A DNA stretch of 64,000 bases, from the IMG/VR virus record IMGVR_UViG_3300025889_000083, positions 32,001 to 96,000 of that record, one strand, 5' to 3'. Below the pieces are notes generated by a model. That model was not told the DNA's origin. It made no database searches and saw only the letters and a program-made list of their open reading frames with translations. Positions 56,501 to 64,000 of the stretch are shown in pieces. Position numbers and translations under genes: made by a program. Every line of letters starts with the position of its first letter. Positions within the stretch are counted from its first letter, which is position 1. The stretch comes from a virus.

Positions 56501-56681
56501 CTTTCTGTGAGCTGGCGCGCGTGCCTGGCGGGGTCGCATAGTCTTTTTTTTTTATTGGCACTTATCCACAGGTTATCCACAGACTTATCCACAGGCAAAA
56601 ATATGCGGGTGCTTCCCGCCCACTACCACCCTGATATGATAGCACACAATTTTCTTTTTGTCAATAGCTTTTTTTAAAAAT

Positions 56682-56706
56682 AAAAAAGCCGACATAAGTC
56701 GGCTTT
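56682..56706 (-). terminator. Terminator after 56721..56864
   Basis: GCCGAC-TTAT-GTCGGC-TTTTTT. Confidence 0.8.
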
Positions 56707-56720
56707 AATTCACGCCAAAT

Positions 56721-56864
56721 TTACTTGGCGTTTAGAATGGCGACGATTGTCGCTTTGTTGGCTCGCTCTAAGCTAGAGAGAGCTAATCTTGGTAAACGGA
56801 ACTTTTGTTCCACTTGGCGAACCAAAGCATCTTTGGTTATTTCAACTTTTGTTTCTTTTGTCAT
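56721..56864 (-). CDS. 47-aa mini-protein, paralogue of 54360..54506 (not in ORF track)
   Basis: AAGGAG RBS; MTKETKVEITKDALVRQVEQKFRLPRLALSSLERANKATIVAILNAK. Confidence 0.75.
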   Translation of the reverse strand: MTKETKVEITKDALVRQVEQKFRLPRLALSSLERANKATIVAILNAK

Positions 56865-57395
56865 AATTATCTCCTTACTGAATACATACTATTATACTGA
56901 AACTTTTGTCCCATTCAAGAGATATTTTAAATTTTTTTAACTTTTTTCAGCCCGCCACCAGCTTGACTTTGCGAGGCGACAATTTTGCCCGAATTCAGCG
57001 AAGAATGGGGAAATATAGCGAGAACCGCATAGCGGCGGGGTTTTTCGCGGGGTTGGGCTGGCAGGTGAAAAGCAAGCACAGCCTGCGTTAGCGTGATAGT
57101 AAGCACTTACTATTCGCACACGCTCTGCACCGAAGAAAGTGCAAATTCGAAGTGCAAAAGTGATGCGCGCGCGAGCGCGCTAGTGCAAAAACGATTTAAG
57201 TAGTCTTTCTAGCAAACCTCATTATATCACGGCTTTTGCGGGGTTGTCAAGAAATTTTTTGCGTTTTTTGGAGATTTGCGAAGCACCCGCTCAGGTTTCG
57301 TACGCCCGCCCCCGAAATAAAAGTGCGTTCCACCTCCAATTAAAAAAGTTAAAGTAATTGTTGACTTGGCGGATCACTTTTTATATAATATTCTC

Positions 57396-57560
57396 ATGAA
57401 AAAAAGAATGAATATATCAAAATACTTGGCGAATGTGGCACAAAGTTCACGGCACAAGTCAAATATGTTCGAACACACATGGTGGCAAGACAACAAATAT
57501 TGGATCGTGCATCCGTTTTGGGGGATTGTTGCCGCAATAATCTGGGCGTATAGTGCGTAG
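57396..57560 (+). CDS. Small C-terminal TM protein, probably leaderless
   Basis: TTGACT-N17-TATAAT (57361..57389) 6 nt before ATG. Confidence 0.6.
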   Translation: MKKRMNISKYLANVAQSSRHKSNMFEHTWWQDNKYWIVHPFWGIVAAIIWAYSA

Positions 57561-57741
57561 ACATCTGAGAACGATTGCGATTAACGAAGCCGCTCACGAT
57601 TATATAGAGCGTATGGAAGTTTATTACTCCCATAATGCAGGTGGAATAGAGGCAGGCGTGCAAGCACTTGTAAATGAGTGCAACCTTGACGAAAACGAGG
57701 CACGCCGACTTGCCGAACTCTTTGAAAAAAATTCAAAGTAG
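57553..57741 (+). CDS. Hypothetical protein
   Basis: Overlaps upstream ORF. Confidence 0.55.
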   Translation: MRRHLRTIAINEAAHDYIERMEVYYSHNAGGIEAGVQALVNECNLDENEARRLAELFEKNSK

Positions 57742-57744
57742 TTC

Positions 57745-57773
57745 TTGACAAGCCACCAAAAAACCTCTATAAT
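57745..57773 (+). promoter_or_regulatory. Consensus early promoter
   Basis: TTGACA-N17-TATAAT-ATACTTA. Confidence 0.9.
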
Positions 57774-57827
57774 ATACTTATTATGAAATGGTTAATAAAT
57801 AAAATTTTTGGGAGAAATAAAACAATC

Positions 57828-58145
57828 ATGGCAACAACTAATTACACAGACGAAATGGTATCATCAATGGTTTCAGCTTACGAGGCTAACCCATCAAGAG
57901 ATACAGTAGATTCTCTAGCTTCACAATTTGGCAAGACTACTAGAAGTATCATTGCTAAACTCAGCAGAGAAGGCGTATACCAAGCTCAACCAAGACTAAC
58001 AAAGTCAGGCGAGCCAGTGGTTAGCAAAACAGAGTTAGTTTCTCAGATCACCACTTTAACAGGTATCGAGTTCACTAACCTAGCTAAAGCAGGTAAGTCA
58101 GACTTACAAGCTCTAGTAGACTTCTTTACTGCCGAACAGCAGTAA
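57828..58145 (+). CDS. T5 A2/D3-like DNA-binding protein
   Basis: NYT.E, SIIAKLSREGVYQ, TKSGE.V.K.ELV; GGAG RBS; paralogue of 62670..63044. Confidence 0.7.
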   Translation: MATTNYTDEMVSSMVSAYEANPSRDTVDSLASQFGKTTRSIIAKLSREGVYQAQPRLTKSGEPVVSKTELVSQITTLTGIEFTNLAKAGKSDLQALVDFFTAEQQ

Positions 58146-58218
58146 GCATAAGACCTCCTTATGAATAGTGTGGTGGGCACTTTAACCCACCAAGTCAGAA
58201 AATACTTCAAAGTTTTTC

Positions 58219-58247
58219 TTGACAAAAGGTTAAATTTCATTTATAAT
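58219..58247 (+). promoter_or_regulatory. Consensus early promoter
   Basis: TTGACA-N17-TATAAT-ATACTTATATTTGAG. Confidence 0.9.
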
Positions 58248-58379
58248 ATACTTATATTTGAGATTGAGAAAGATCAAAATTTCTCAAACGCAGGGTTGCT
58301 CAGTTCAAGGAAGAGCATTAAAGGATAATTCCTCAACAACGCCCAAAGCTACCTCCAAGAAAATACATCAAAATTTTTC

Positions 58380-58408
58380 TTGACAAGAGGTTAGACTTCG
58401 GATATAAT
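58380..58408 (+). promoter_or_regulatory. Consensus early promoter driving the large RNA candidate
   Basis: TTGACA-N17-TATAAT-ATACTTATATTTGAG. Confidence 0.9.
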
Positions 58409-58414
58409 ATACTT

Positions 58415-59578
58415 ATATTTGAGAAGAAACAAGTTCTCGAATGACTTTTCGGAAAATGAGTTAATCTCTCTGTGAGTCGGACTTGTTTGCCTACCACTCA
58501 GGCGAAAGAAGTGGCGTAGTGTGAAATTCCGACAAAAGTTCACCCCAATGGCTAACGGGTTAATACGCTCCTCATGATCGGGCAATAGAGGTTAATATTG
58601 CGACCCGTGATGTTCAGTAATCGTTATAGGACTGTTCCCCCTGCTCATTAGGTGGTTATCAGAATGAGTACTTCGTGTGCGAGTATTGAAGGACACACCG
58701 AGTATATACGCTCGTCGATAGTATATCAGAACACCTGCTCTGAGATGCAGGTCAGATGCTCGGCATTTTATGCAGCGTTTTTCCAGAGAACTGTAGACTG
58801 TAGGAAAAACAGCACTCTTAAAAGAGTTTGCCCTAGTGGGTAATAGGAAAAAATAAATGTATCAGCTTCGGCGGTAAAATAATCCTTCCACAAATGCAGG
58901 CTCTTTTAAGAGTAAAACTCTTAGGCACTAACAGTTTCGGCTGTGAATACCTAGCCCACATTGCCTTAACGCAAGTAGTAGGACGAAGTAAGTGCCGCCC
59001 ACATGTTGGCGTTATCTAAGTGCAAGTTTGACATTGTAAGCACTTGACCTAAGTATGCAAATACAGGAACGAGCCAATGTCCTTGTGGTAAAAAACACGC
59101 TACTGGCAATGCCAACCGATACCTGAGAAGATCTATGGGTTGGCTCTCACAAGGTGGAAACGCTGATGATGAGTAGCTATCTTCTCTTAGTAGCAACATG
59201 CAACGAAAGTGCCTATACGAGCAATGGGTGGACGAAGTAGTTCAGAGGACGAGGCGAGATTCAGCTTTAGCTGTCAACCCCATCAAGTAATGTGAGTCCA
59301 GCGAAAAAACACCCTAATGACGGCACAGTTTATGGAACATGGGTGCTTGCAACCCCACGACCAAAAGTCGACTATAATATGAGTGAAATACTGTAGCAAA
59401 TGCGAAACACGACTCTGACAGTGATAAAACAACGGGCATATTTTTTTAGACATTCAGTTTTACATAGCCTAAATAAAAACTAATCAAAATCAAAAAACGC
59501 GGTTTGAACCCTATGATGGAAAAGAAGTGTGAGTTGACGGACAACATCACTCCCCTGCCTCATAGGGTTTTTTGTTTT
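58415..59578 (+). ncRNA. Candidate large (~1.15 kb) structured non-coding RNA
   Basis: Promoter- and terminator-bounded, no credible ORF, many stems with G-U pairs and UUCG/GNRA loops. Confidence 0.65.
59507..59578 (+). terminator. Terminal stem plus U tract
   Basis: AACCCTATGA...TCATAGGGTT-TTTTGTTTT. Confidence 0.7.
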
Positions 59579-59626
59579 CCCTAAGATATTCACATCAAAA
59601 TTTTCACCCCACATCTAAAAAATTTC

Positions 59627-59655
59627 TTGACAAAATTCCTTAACTCCTGTATAAT
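59627..59655 (+). promoter_or_regulatory. Consensus early promoter
   Basis: TTGACA-N17-TATAAT. Confidence 0.9.
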
Positions 59656-59679
59656 ATTACTTATATTAAGGAGAAAAAT

Positions 59680-59880
59680 ATGAACTTAAATATTATGCGA
59701 AAAGATACCATAGAGCTATTAGCACATCAGTATGATGTCGGTGCTTATGGGCGTGCCTGCAGAAAAGAACTTCGTAGGCGAAAAAATATAGGTTTCTGGC
59801 TAGGTCCGATTGTATCACCTGTCAAAATGAAAGAAGAACGCGAGTCCACAGTAGGAACTGTTAGGGTGGTGCGTAAGTGA
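59680..59880 (+). CDS. Hypothetical early protein
   Basis: AAGGAG RBS after promoter. Confidence 0.7.
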   Translation: MNLNIMRKDTIELLAHQYDVGAYGRACRKELRRRKNIGFWLGPIVSPVKMKEERESTVGTVRVVRK

Positions 59881-60215
59881 TTACAGGCGAAGAAATCAAA
59901 AACGGCAAAGTAGATGTTCAACACCAACATGTGTTTATATCATTTAGCGTAGAAGATATACGCTATGAGTTGGACTATTGTGCGAGTTTTGACAAAGACT
60001 ATGGTGGTGAAGATTATATAGGCGACCACGATGTATTAGTATCAGATCTATGGATACAAGATGCAATCTTAGAAGTATGCGATACATTTGATTATGATTA
60101 TCACTCATGGTGCAATATGCGTGATCAGATCGTAGAGATTATCGAAGACAAAGTACAATCAGAGTATAAAACTGATGTTAATGCAATAACAGGCGTTTTA
60201 ACAAACAGGAGGTAA
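59877..60215 (+). CDS. Acidic hypothetical protein
   Basis: GTGA overlap. Confidence 0.65.
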   Translation: MITGEEIKNGKVDVQHQHVFISFSVEDIRYELDYCASFDKDYGGEDYIGDHDVLVSDLWIQDAILEVCDTFDYDYHSWCNMRDQIVEIIEDKVQSEYKTDVNAITGVLTNRR

Positions 60216-60217
60216 AG

Positions 60218-60442
60218 ATGCCAGCTAAATACAGAGAAAGTGAAAGGACTAACTTCAGAAAAAGAGGCGGTCCGAACATAAAAGCTAAACAGTATAAACA
60301 CTTTTATTTAAAGTGTGCGACTAAAGAAGCACTCTTTGAGGAGATCAACAGATATGGTGTAAAACCGAAGATCAAACAAAAGTGCGTAAACGAATTAATT
60401 CGTAGGGGAGTAAAGATAGTATGGACTACACCACAACAGTAA
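60218..60442 (+). CDS. Basic hypothetical protein
   Basis: GGAGG RBS. Confidence 0.7.
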   Translation: MPAKYRESERTNFRKRGGPNIKAKQYKHFYLKCATKEALFEEINRYGVKPKIKQKCVNELIRRGVKIVWTTPQQ

Positions 60443-60491
60443 TAGTGGCAATGTTCTTAATTTACTTATATTTTAACAATACACCGAGAAC

Positions 60492-60722
60492 TTGATGGCA
60501 GATATAATTAATTTTCCAACAAAGACAGAAGCAGTGCAACTTCGAGAGGACATGCGTAAACTCGAAGAAGAAATCAAAGTACAGTTAGATTTATTACAAG
60601 ATATCAACGATAGAGTGGTAGATCTAACAGTTGATTACGAAGATATGTTAGCCAGACTCTGTAAAATCACAGGAGTGCATCTGCCACCAGAACTCGATTT
60701 TGAACCAGATTTTGATATATGA
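60492..60722 (+). CDS. Coiled-coil protein
   Basis: DIINFP motif, heptads. Confidence 0.65.
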   Translation: MMADIINFPTKTEAVQLREDMRKLEEEIKVQLDLLQDINDRVVDLTVDYEDMLARLCKITGVHLPPELDFEPDFDI

Positions 60723-60910
60723 TATGTAATGAGTGCGGGGACGACTATCCAATAGAAAGAGCTAAGCTTGGCTACATCACTTGCCTAGATTGTGGTGAGA
60801 AAGTAGCAAGTCGACTAGCTGAGAAACGAAAGAAACAAGTAGGTATTGCATACAACAAAGGTGCATACCAGTACATAACCGAAGGAGATTTAAAGTGGTT
60901 AGGCAGATAA
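60719..60910 (+). CDS. C4 zinc-finger protein (TraR/DksA-like finger)
   Basis: CNECG..YP.ER...GY.TCLDC. Confidence 0.7.
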   Translation: MICNECGDDYPIERAKLGYITCLDCGEKVASRLAEKRKKQVGIAYNKGAYQYITEGDLKWLGR

Positions 60911-61116
60911 ATGTAGAAACTATACGAACAGCTCTAAGCAGTATAAATTATATGCAAGAGTTGAATAATGAGCGTGGTGAAAACAATTTTCGTATGGAAA
61001 CAATCCACGCTGCAACAAGAAAGATTTTAGGTGAGATCATGGATTGCTATGATCTTGGAGATTTTAACAAATTATACCCGAAAGGATTAGCTTTCGAAGG
61101 AGAACAAAGTGATTAA
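60895..61116 (+). CDS. Hypothetical protein
   Basis: GGAG RBS, overlapping neighbours. Confidence 0.6.
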   Translation: MVRQINVETIRTALSSINYMQELNNERGENNFRMETIHAATRKILGEIMDCYDLGDFNKLYPKGLAFEGEQSD

Positions 61117-61540
61117 TGATTATGCAAAATTTGTGGATATGACTACTTCTCCACAAAGTAAAGACCATTTAGCTTTTGAAAAGCAATGGAATTGGATGAT
61201 GCGCAGTGGTAGTCAACAAGGAGTAGGTACTCCTATTGAGTGGACAATCAATATGCCTAGACTACTAACAAGTGTAGTAGGAATGATGGCTGAGAGTGGT
61301 GAATTTGCCGAAGTAGTAAAAAAGAAATTATTTCAAAGTGAGAAACAGTTTGATGATGACGAGATTTTTCACTTAAAAAGAGAATTAGGCGATGTCTTAT
61401 GGTATTGGGTGCAAGGTTGTATAGCCTTAGGTTTCAAGCCAGAAGATGTCATACAAGAAAATATTAAAAAGCTAGAAAAGAGATACCCAAACGGCTTTGA
61501 AACAATTAGAAGCGAGGTAAGACAAGATGGAGATATCTAG
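61109..61540 (+). CDS. MazG-like nucleotide pyrophosphohydrolase
   Basis: GMMAESGEFAEVVKK...RELGDVLWY...NIKKLEKRYPNGF. Confidence 0.88.
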   Translation: MINDYAKFVDMTTSPQSKDHLAFEKQWNWMMRSGSQQGVGTPIEWTINMPRLLTSVVGMMAESGEFAEVVKKKLFQSEKQFDDDEIFHLKRELGDVLWYWVQGCIALGFKPEDVIQENIKKLEKRYPNGFETIRSEVRQDGDI

Positions 61541-61602
61541 TATATTTTTATGGGTTGTGGTTGCTGTTGTGCTAGGTTTTGTAATACAAAAGGTGGTGGA
61601 TA

Positions 61603-62250
61603 ATGGCTAATCATGTATATTTTAATGTAGATTTTGTTGGAGTTAGTGAAGAACTTTGGAACAAAACATTAATCAGTGAGCCTGTAACTAAAAAAGGTTG
61701 GGACGATAGTAATTATACTATTAATGAACTTAAAGAGTTGCATAAGTTGCCATTCTTTGATCATATTGAAAAAGAGTATGAAGATGGTGATTGGCTAAAA
61801 GACAGCTATGACTTCTATGTGAACAACATAGGTGCAAAGTGGTGTAATATTGATAGTTGGGAAGAAACCTCTCTAACAGGATATAGTGCATGGTCACCTC
61901 CTATAGAGCTAGTGCGAAATATGGTTAAATACTTTCAAGAACATAGTGTAGAAGCGATTAGTGCTAGAATAACTTACGAAGATGAGTTTAGAAACTTTAT
62001 AGGTATAAATGAGTTCTATACTGAATTTGATGGAGAAGTTATTGTGCATGATGATGAAAACTATATTGACTGTGAAGAACTTCAGGACATGCTTAATTTC
62101 AGACTATCTGAACTTACAGGACAAGATATAGATGTATCTGAAAGAGAAATGGATGACGAGATACCTACACTTAGTGGTGGAGTTGTTGTTCCTCAAGAGT
62201 TTGCAGACGATATGGTTTATAACTTTTGGGAAACAGGAGATCTAACATGA
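61603..62250 (+). CDS. YubB/DUF1281-like protein
   Basis: MANHV, NIGAKWC, SAWSPP. Confidence 0.65.
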   Translation: MANHVYFNVDFVGVSEELWNKTLISEPVTKKGWDDSNYTINELKELHKLPFFDHIEKEYEDGDWLKDSYDFYVNNIGAKWCNIDSWEETSLTGYSAWSPPIELVRNMVKYFQEHSVEAISARITYEDEFRNFIGINEFYTEFDGEVIVHDDENYIDCEELQDMLNFRLSELTGQDIDVSEREMDDEIPTLSGGVVVPQEFADDMVYNFWETGDLT

Positions 62251-62310
62251 GTGATGCACCATTACTCATCATAGGTTATATGGCATTAGCAAGTTATATA
62301 GGATTATTAT

Positions 62311-62544
62311 ATGGGACAGTATAAGGAATTAGTAGAAAAACAAAAACTACTACTAGAAGCAGAGAAGTGGGCAAAAGGTGTTAAGTATATTCTAGGTGAT
62401 CAAGACACATTTAAAGTAGAATATAATGATGGCAGTGCTGAAATAACAACCTCTGCAGGAACAGTGTATAGAGATGCGGAACTCAGTTTAGAGGATTGCA
62501 TAATAAGAATGAAGGAGTTAAAAGCAGATGCCCAGCAAAGATGA
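62311..62544 (+). CDS. Hypothetical protein
   Basis: ORF in early operon. Confidence 0.6.
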   Translation: MGQYKELVEKQKLLLEAEKWAKGVKYILGDQDTFKVEYNDGSAEITTSAGTVYRDAELSLEDCIIRMKELKADAQQR

Positions 62545-62669
62545 ACTCGAAATGGAACTAGAGTGGATTGAAATGAAACAGAAGTATGGCAGAGAAGAAG
62601 CAATCTATGTCTGTGCTGATCTGTGGAGTAAATCCACTTTTGAAGTAGAACAATTAATAAGGAAATGGA

Positions 62670-63044
62670 ATGGCAAGTAACTATACAGAGGCTCAGGTAA
62701 CAGAAATGGTTGCTAGATATACCGAGAAACCTGATAGAGAAACAGTAGAAAATCTAGCAAAAGAACTCAATAAGAGTATAAAATCGGTGATAGGTAAACT
62801 TTCAAGAGAAGGAGTCTATCAAAAGACTGAGTATCTTACCAAATCAGGTGAGAAACCAGTAACAAAACTAGAATTAGTAAGTGCGTTAGGTGATGTATTA
62901 GATATACCCGATCAATGGCTAGAAGGCTTAGAGAAAGCACCAAAACCAGTACTCAAGAGAATAGTTGACATGCTTGAAGAAGCTCAGGCAAATTATGAAA
63001 ACAATGAAGAAGGACTACAATTATACTACAAGGAAAACATATGA
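62670..63044 (+). CDS. T5 A2/D3-like DNA-binding protein (paralogue)
   Basis: NYTE, SVIGKLSREGVYQ, TKSGEKPVTKLELV, GLEKAPK. Confidence 0.7.
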   Translation: MASNYTEAQVTEMVARYTEKPDRETVENLAKELNKSIKSVIGKLSREGVYQKTEYLTKSGEKPVTKLELVSALGDVLDIPDQWLEGLEKAPKPVLKRIVDMLEEAQANYENNEEGLQLYYKENI

Positions 63045-63322
63045 TTATAAAAACAATAGGCGGTTTTAAGACTAGAGCAAGAAAATTCAATTATCATGTT
63101 GGAATGAAGTTACCAGATGCTAGAGAAATCACTTCTATAGAACACGCTCTAATAACAAGAACAGTTACTAGAGAAAGTGAGAAGTATCGAGTTGGTGATA
63201 AATTTCTAAAAATTACCTACAGAAATAGTAGGCTAATGATGGTTGAATTGAATGACGGAACACTATTAACAAGTGAAGAACTAAGGAAATTAATAAATGA
63301 CACGCGTAGCAAAACTAACTGA
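63041..63322 (+). CDS. Hypothetical protein
   Basis: ATGA overlap. Confidence 0.6.
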   Translation: MIIKTIGGFKTRARKFNYHVGMKLPDAREITSIEHALITRTVTRESEKYRVGDKFLKITYRNSRLMMVELNDGTLLTSEELRKLINDTRSKTN

Positions 63323-63482
63323 TAATCCTTCTAACGACAAGCTAATAAAAGATCATGGAAGATTAGCTGTTGTACTCAGCATAGAGGAGTCTGCAACTGG
63401 AATGCAGGCAAGATTAAAGTTTCCAGATGGATTTCGAACTAGACACTCTGTTAAGTTCATCCGAATATTACAAGATACCTAG
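63297..63482 (+). CDS. Hypothetical protein
   Basis: AAGGA RBS; last ORF of operon. Confidence 0.55.
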   Translation: MTRVAKLTDNPSNDKLIKDHGRLAVVLSIEESATGMQARLKFPDGFRTRHSVKFIRILQDT

Positions 63483-63828
63483 TCCCAGCGGGGTCTAAGC
63501 AGACCCCAACGGGTATTCTAAAAACCTGAACGCCATAGTACAAATTAAAAGAAATTGGGGATAAACCCGTTTAATCGCTTTAAAAAATTTGCGATTGGCG
63601 CATGTGTAGTAATTGTTAGTGTTTAGGGAATTTACTCAGTTGAAAATAAACCCGTTGCAGGTTTTAGTTGAGTTTATATTGACTTATATAGTTAACACAA
63701 TATCGTCTTTACTTTGTGTCAAACCAGCTACGACATGACTTCGTCATTTAATTCCTCAGTCAGTCGACTAGCAATGGACACTAGTTAGACGATAAGTGGT
63801 TTGTGTTGAGTTTTTATATAACTTGTAT

Positions 63829-63857
63829 ATAATACCACACTTTTCACCAAAATGCAA
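63829..63857 (-). promoter_or_regulatory. Minus-strand promoter
   Basis: TTGCAT-N17-TATTAT with extended TG. Confidence 0.55.
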
Positions 63858-64000
63858 GAACTGTTTTTCGTAGGTGATTGAAATAACTCGTTGGAATGGG
63901 TAGTGGTGAACATAAAATATTTTATTTATGGCTTGATATGTTGAAAATTTAGGCGATGAAACTCAGTAAGATAATTATGCACTTCTCGATTGTACGAAAT

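Larger units (their letters stand above)
55659..56593 (+). promoter_or_regulatory. Five perfect DnaA boxes (55659, 55690, 56562, 56573, 56585)
   Basis: TTATCCACA, all same orientation; one-mismatch copy at 56401. Confidence 0.85.

Noticed and set aside
55631-57119. ORF-track ORFs 55631..55930, 56299..56598, 56725..56940, 56906..57091, 56937..57119
   Set aside because: Run through repeats and promoters, lack RBS, or are antisense to the better 56721..56864 ORF
59163-59230. Hammerhead ribozyme (CTGATGA...GAAA)
   Set aside because: Could not form convincing stems I-III around the core
58415-59578. tmRNA, RNase P RNA, tRNA cluster, or group I/II intron
   Set aside because: No tRNA-like ends or T-loop/CCA, no GAGGAAAGUCC, no recognisable intron ends and no interrupted gene
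1-64000. Alternative genetic code, integrase, DGR or reverse transcriptase
   Set aside because: Core genes translate intact in code 11 and no such motifs were seen

Overview
64 kb of an AT-rich, T5-like (Demerecviridae-related) tailed phage genome, probably marine and infecting a proteobacterium (inference). Left to right: end of a plus-strand nucleotide-metabolism operon (class Ia nrdA/nrdB); a four-gene glycosyltransferase-like cluster; a long minus-strand late region (Thr-rich fibre, repeat-rich tail fibres, lambda-like M/L/K/I/J tail tip, tape measure, frameshifted tail chaperones, T5-like tail tube and completion proteins, protease-capsid fusion, portal, HNH, TerL); a ~12 kb accessory block between terL and terS (tiny basic peptides, Fe/2OG hydroxylase, methyltransferase, a csgF-csgG-curlin-FecR-CHASE2/adenylate cyclase operon, IscU, IscA); a palindrome-, promoter- and DnaA-box-rich region resembling a T5 terminal repeat/injection-stop zone; and early genes behind consensus sigma70 promoters. 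Most notable: (1) an 886-aa Thr-rich protein whose two halves are mirror-complementary (aromatic versus Arg/Lys/Gln), implying a giant beta-hairpin fibre, next to glycosyltransferases; (2) a promoter- and terminator-bounded ~1.15 kb highly structured non-coding RNA candidate; (3) a curli-pore/FecR/cyclase trans-envelope module. All protein calls come from motif recognition, not database searches.
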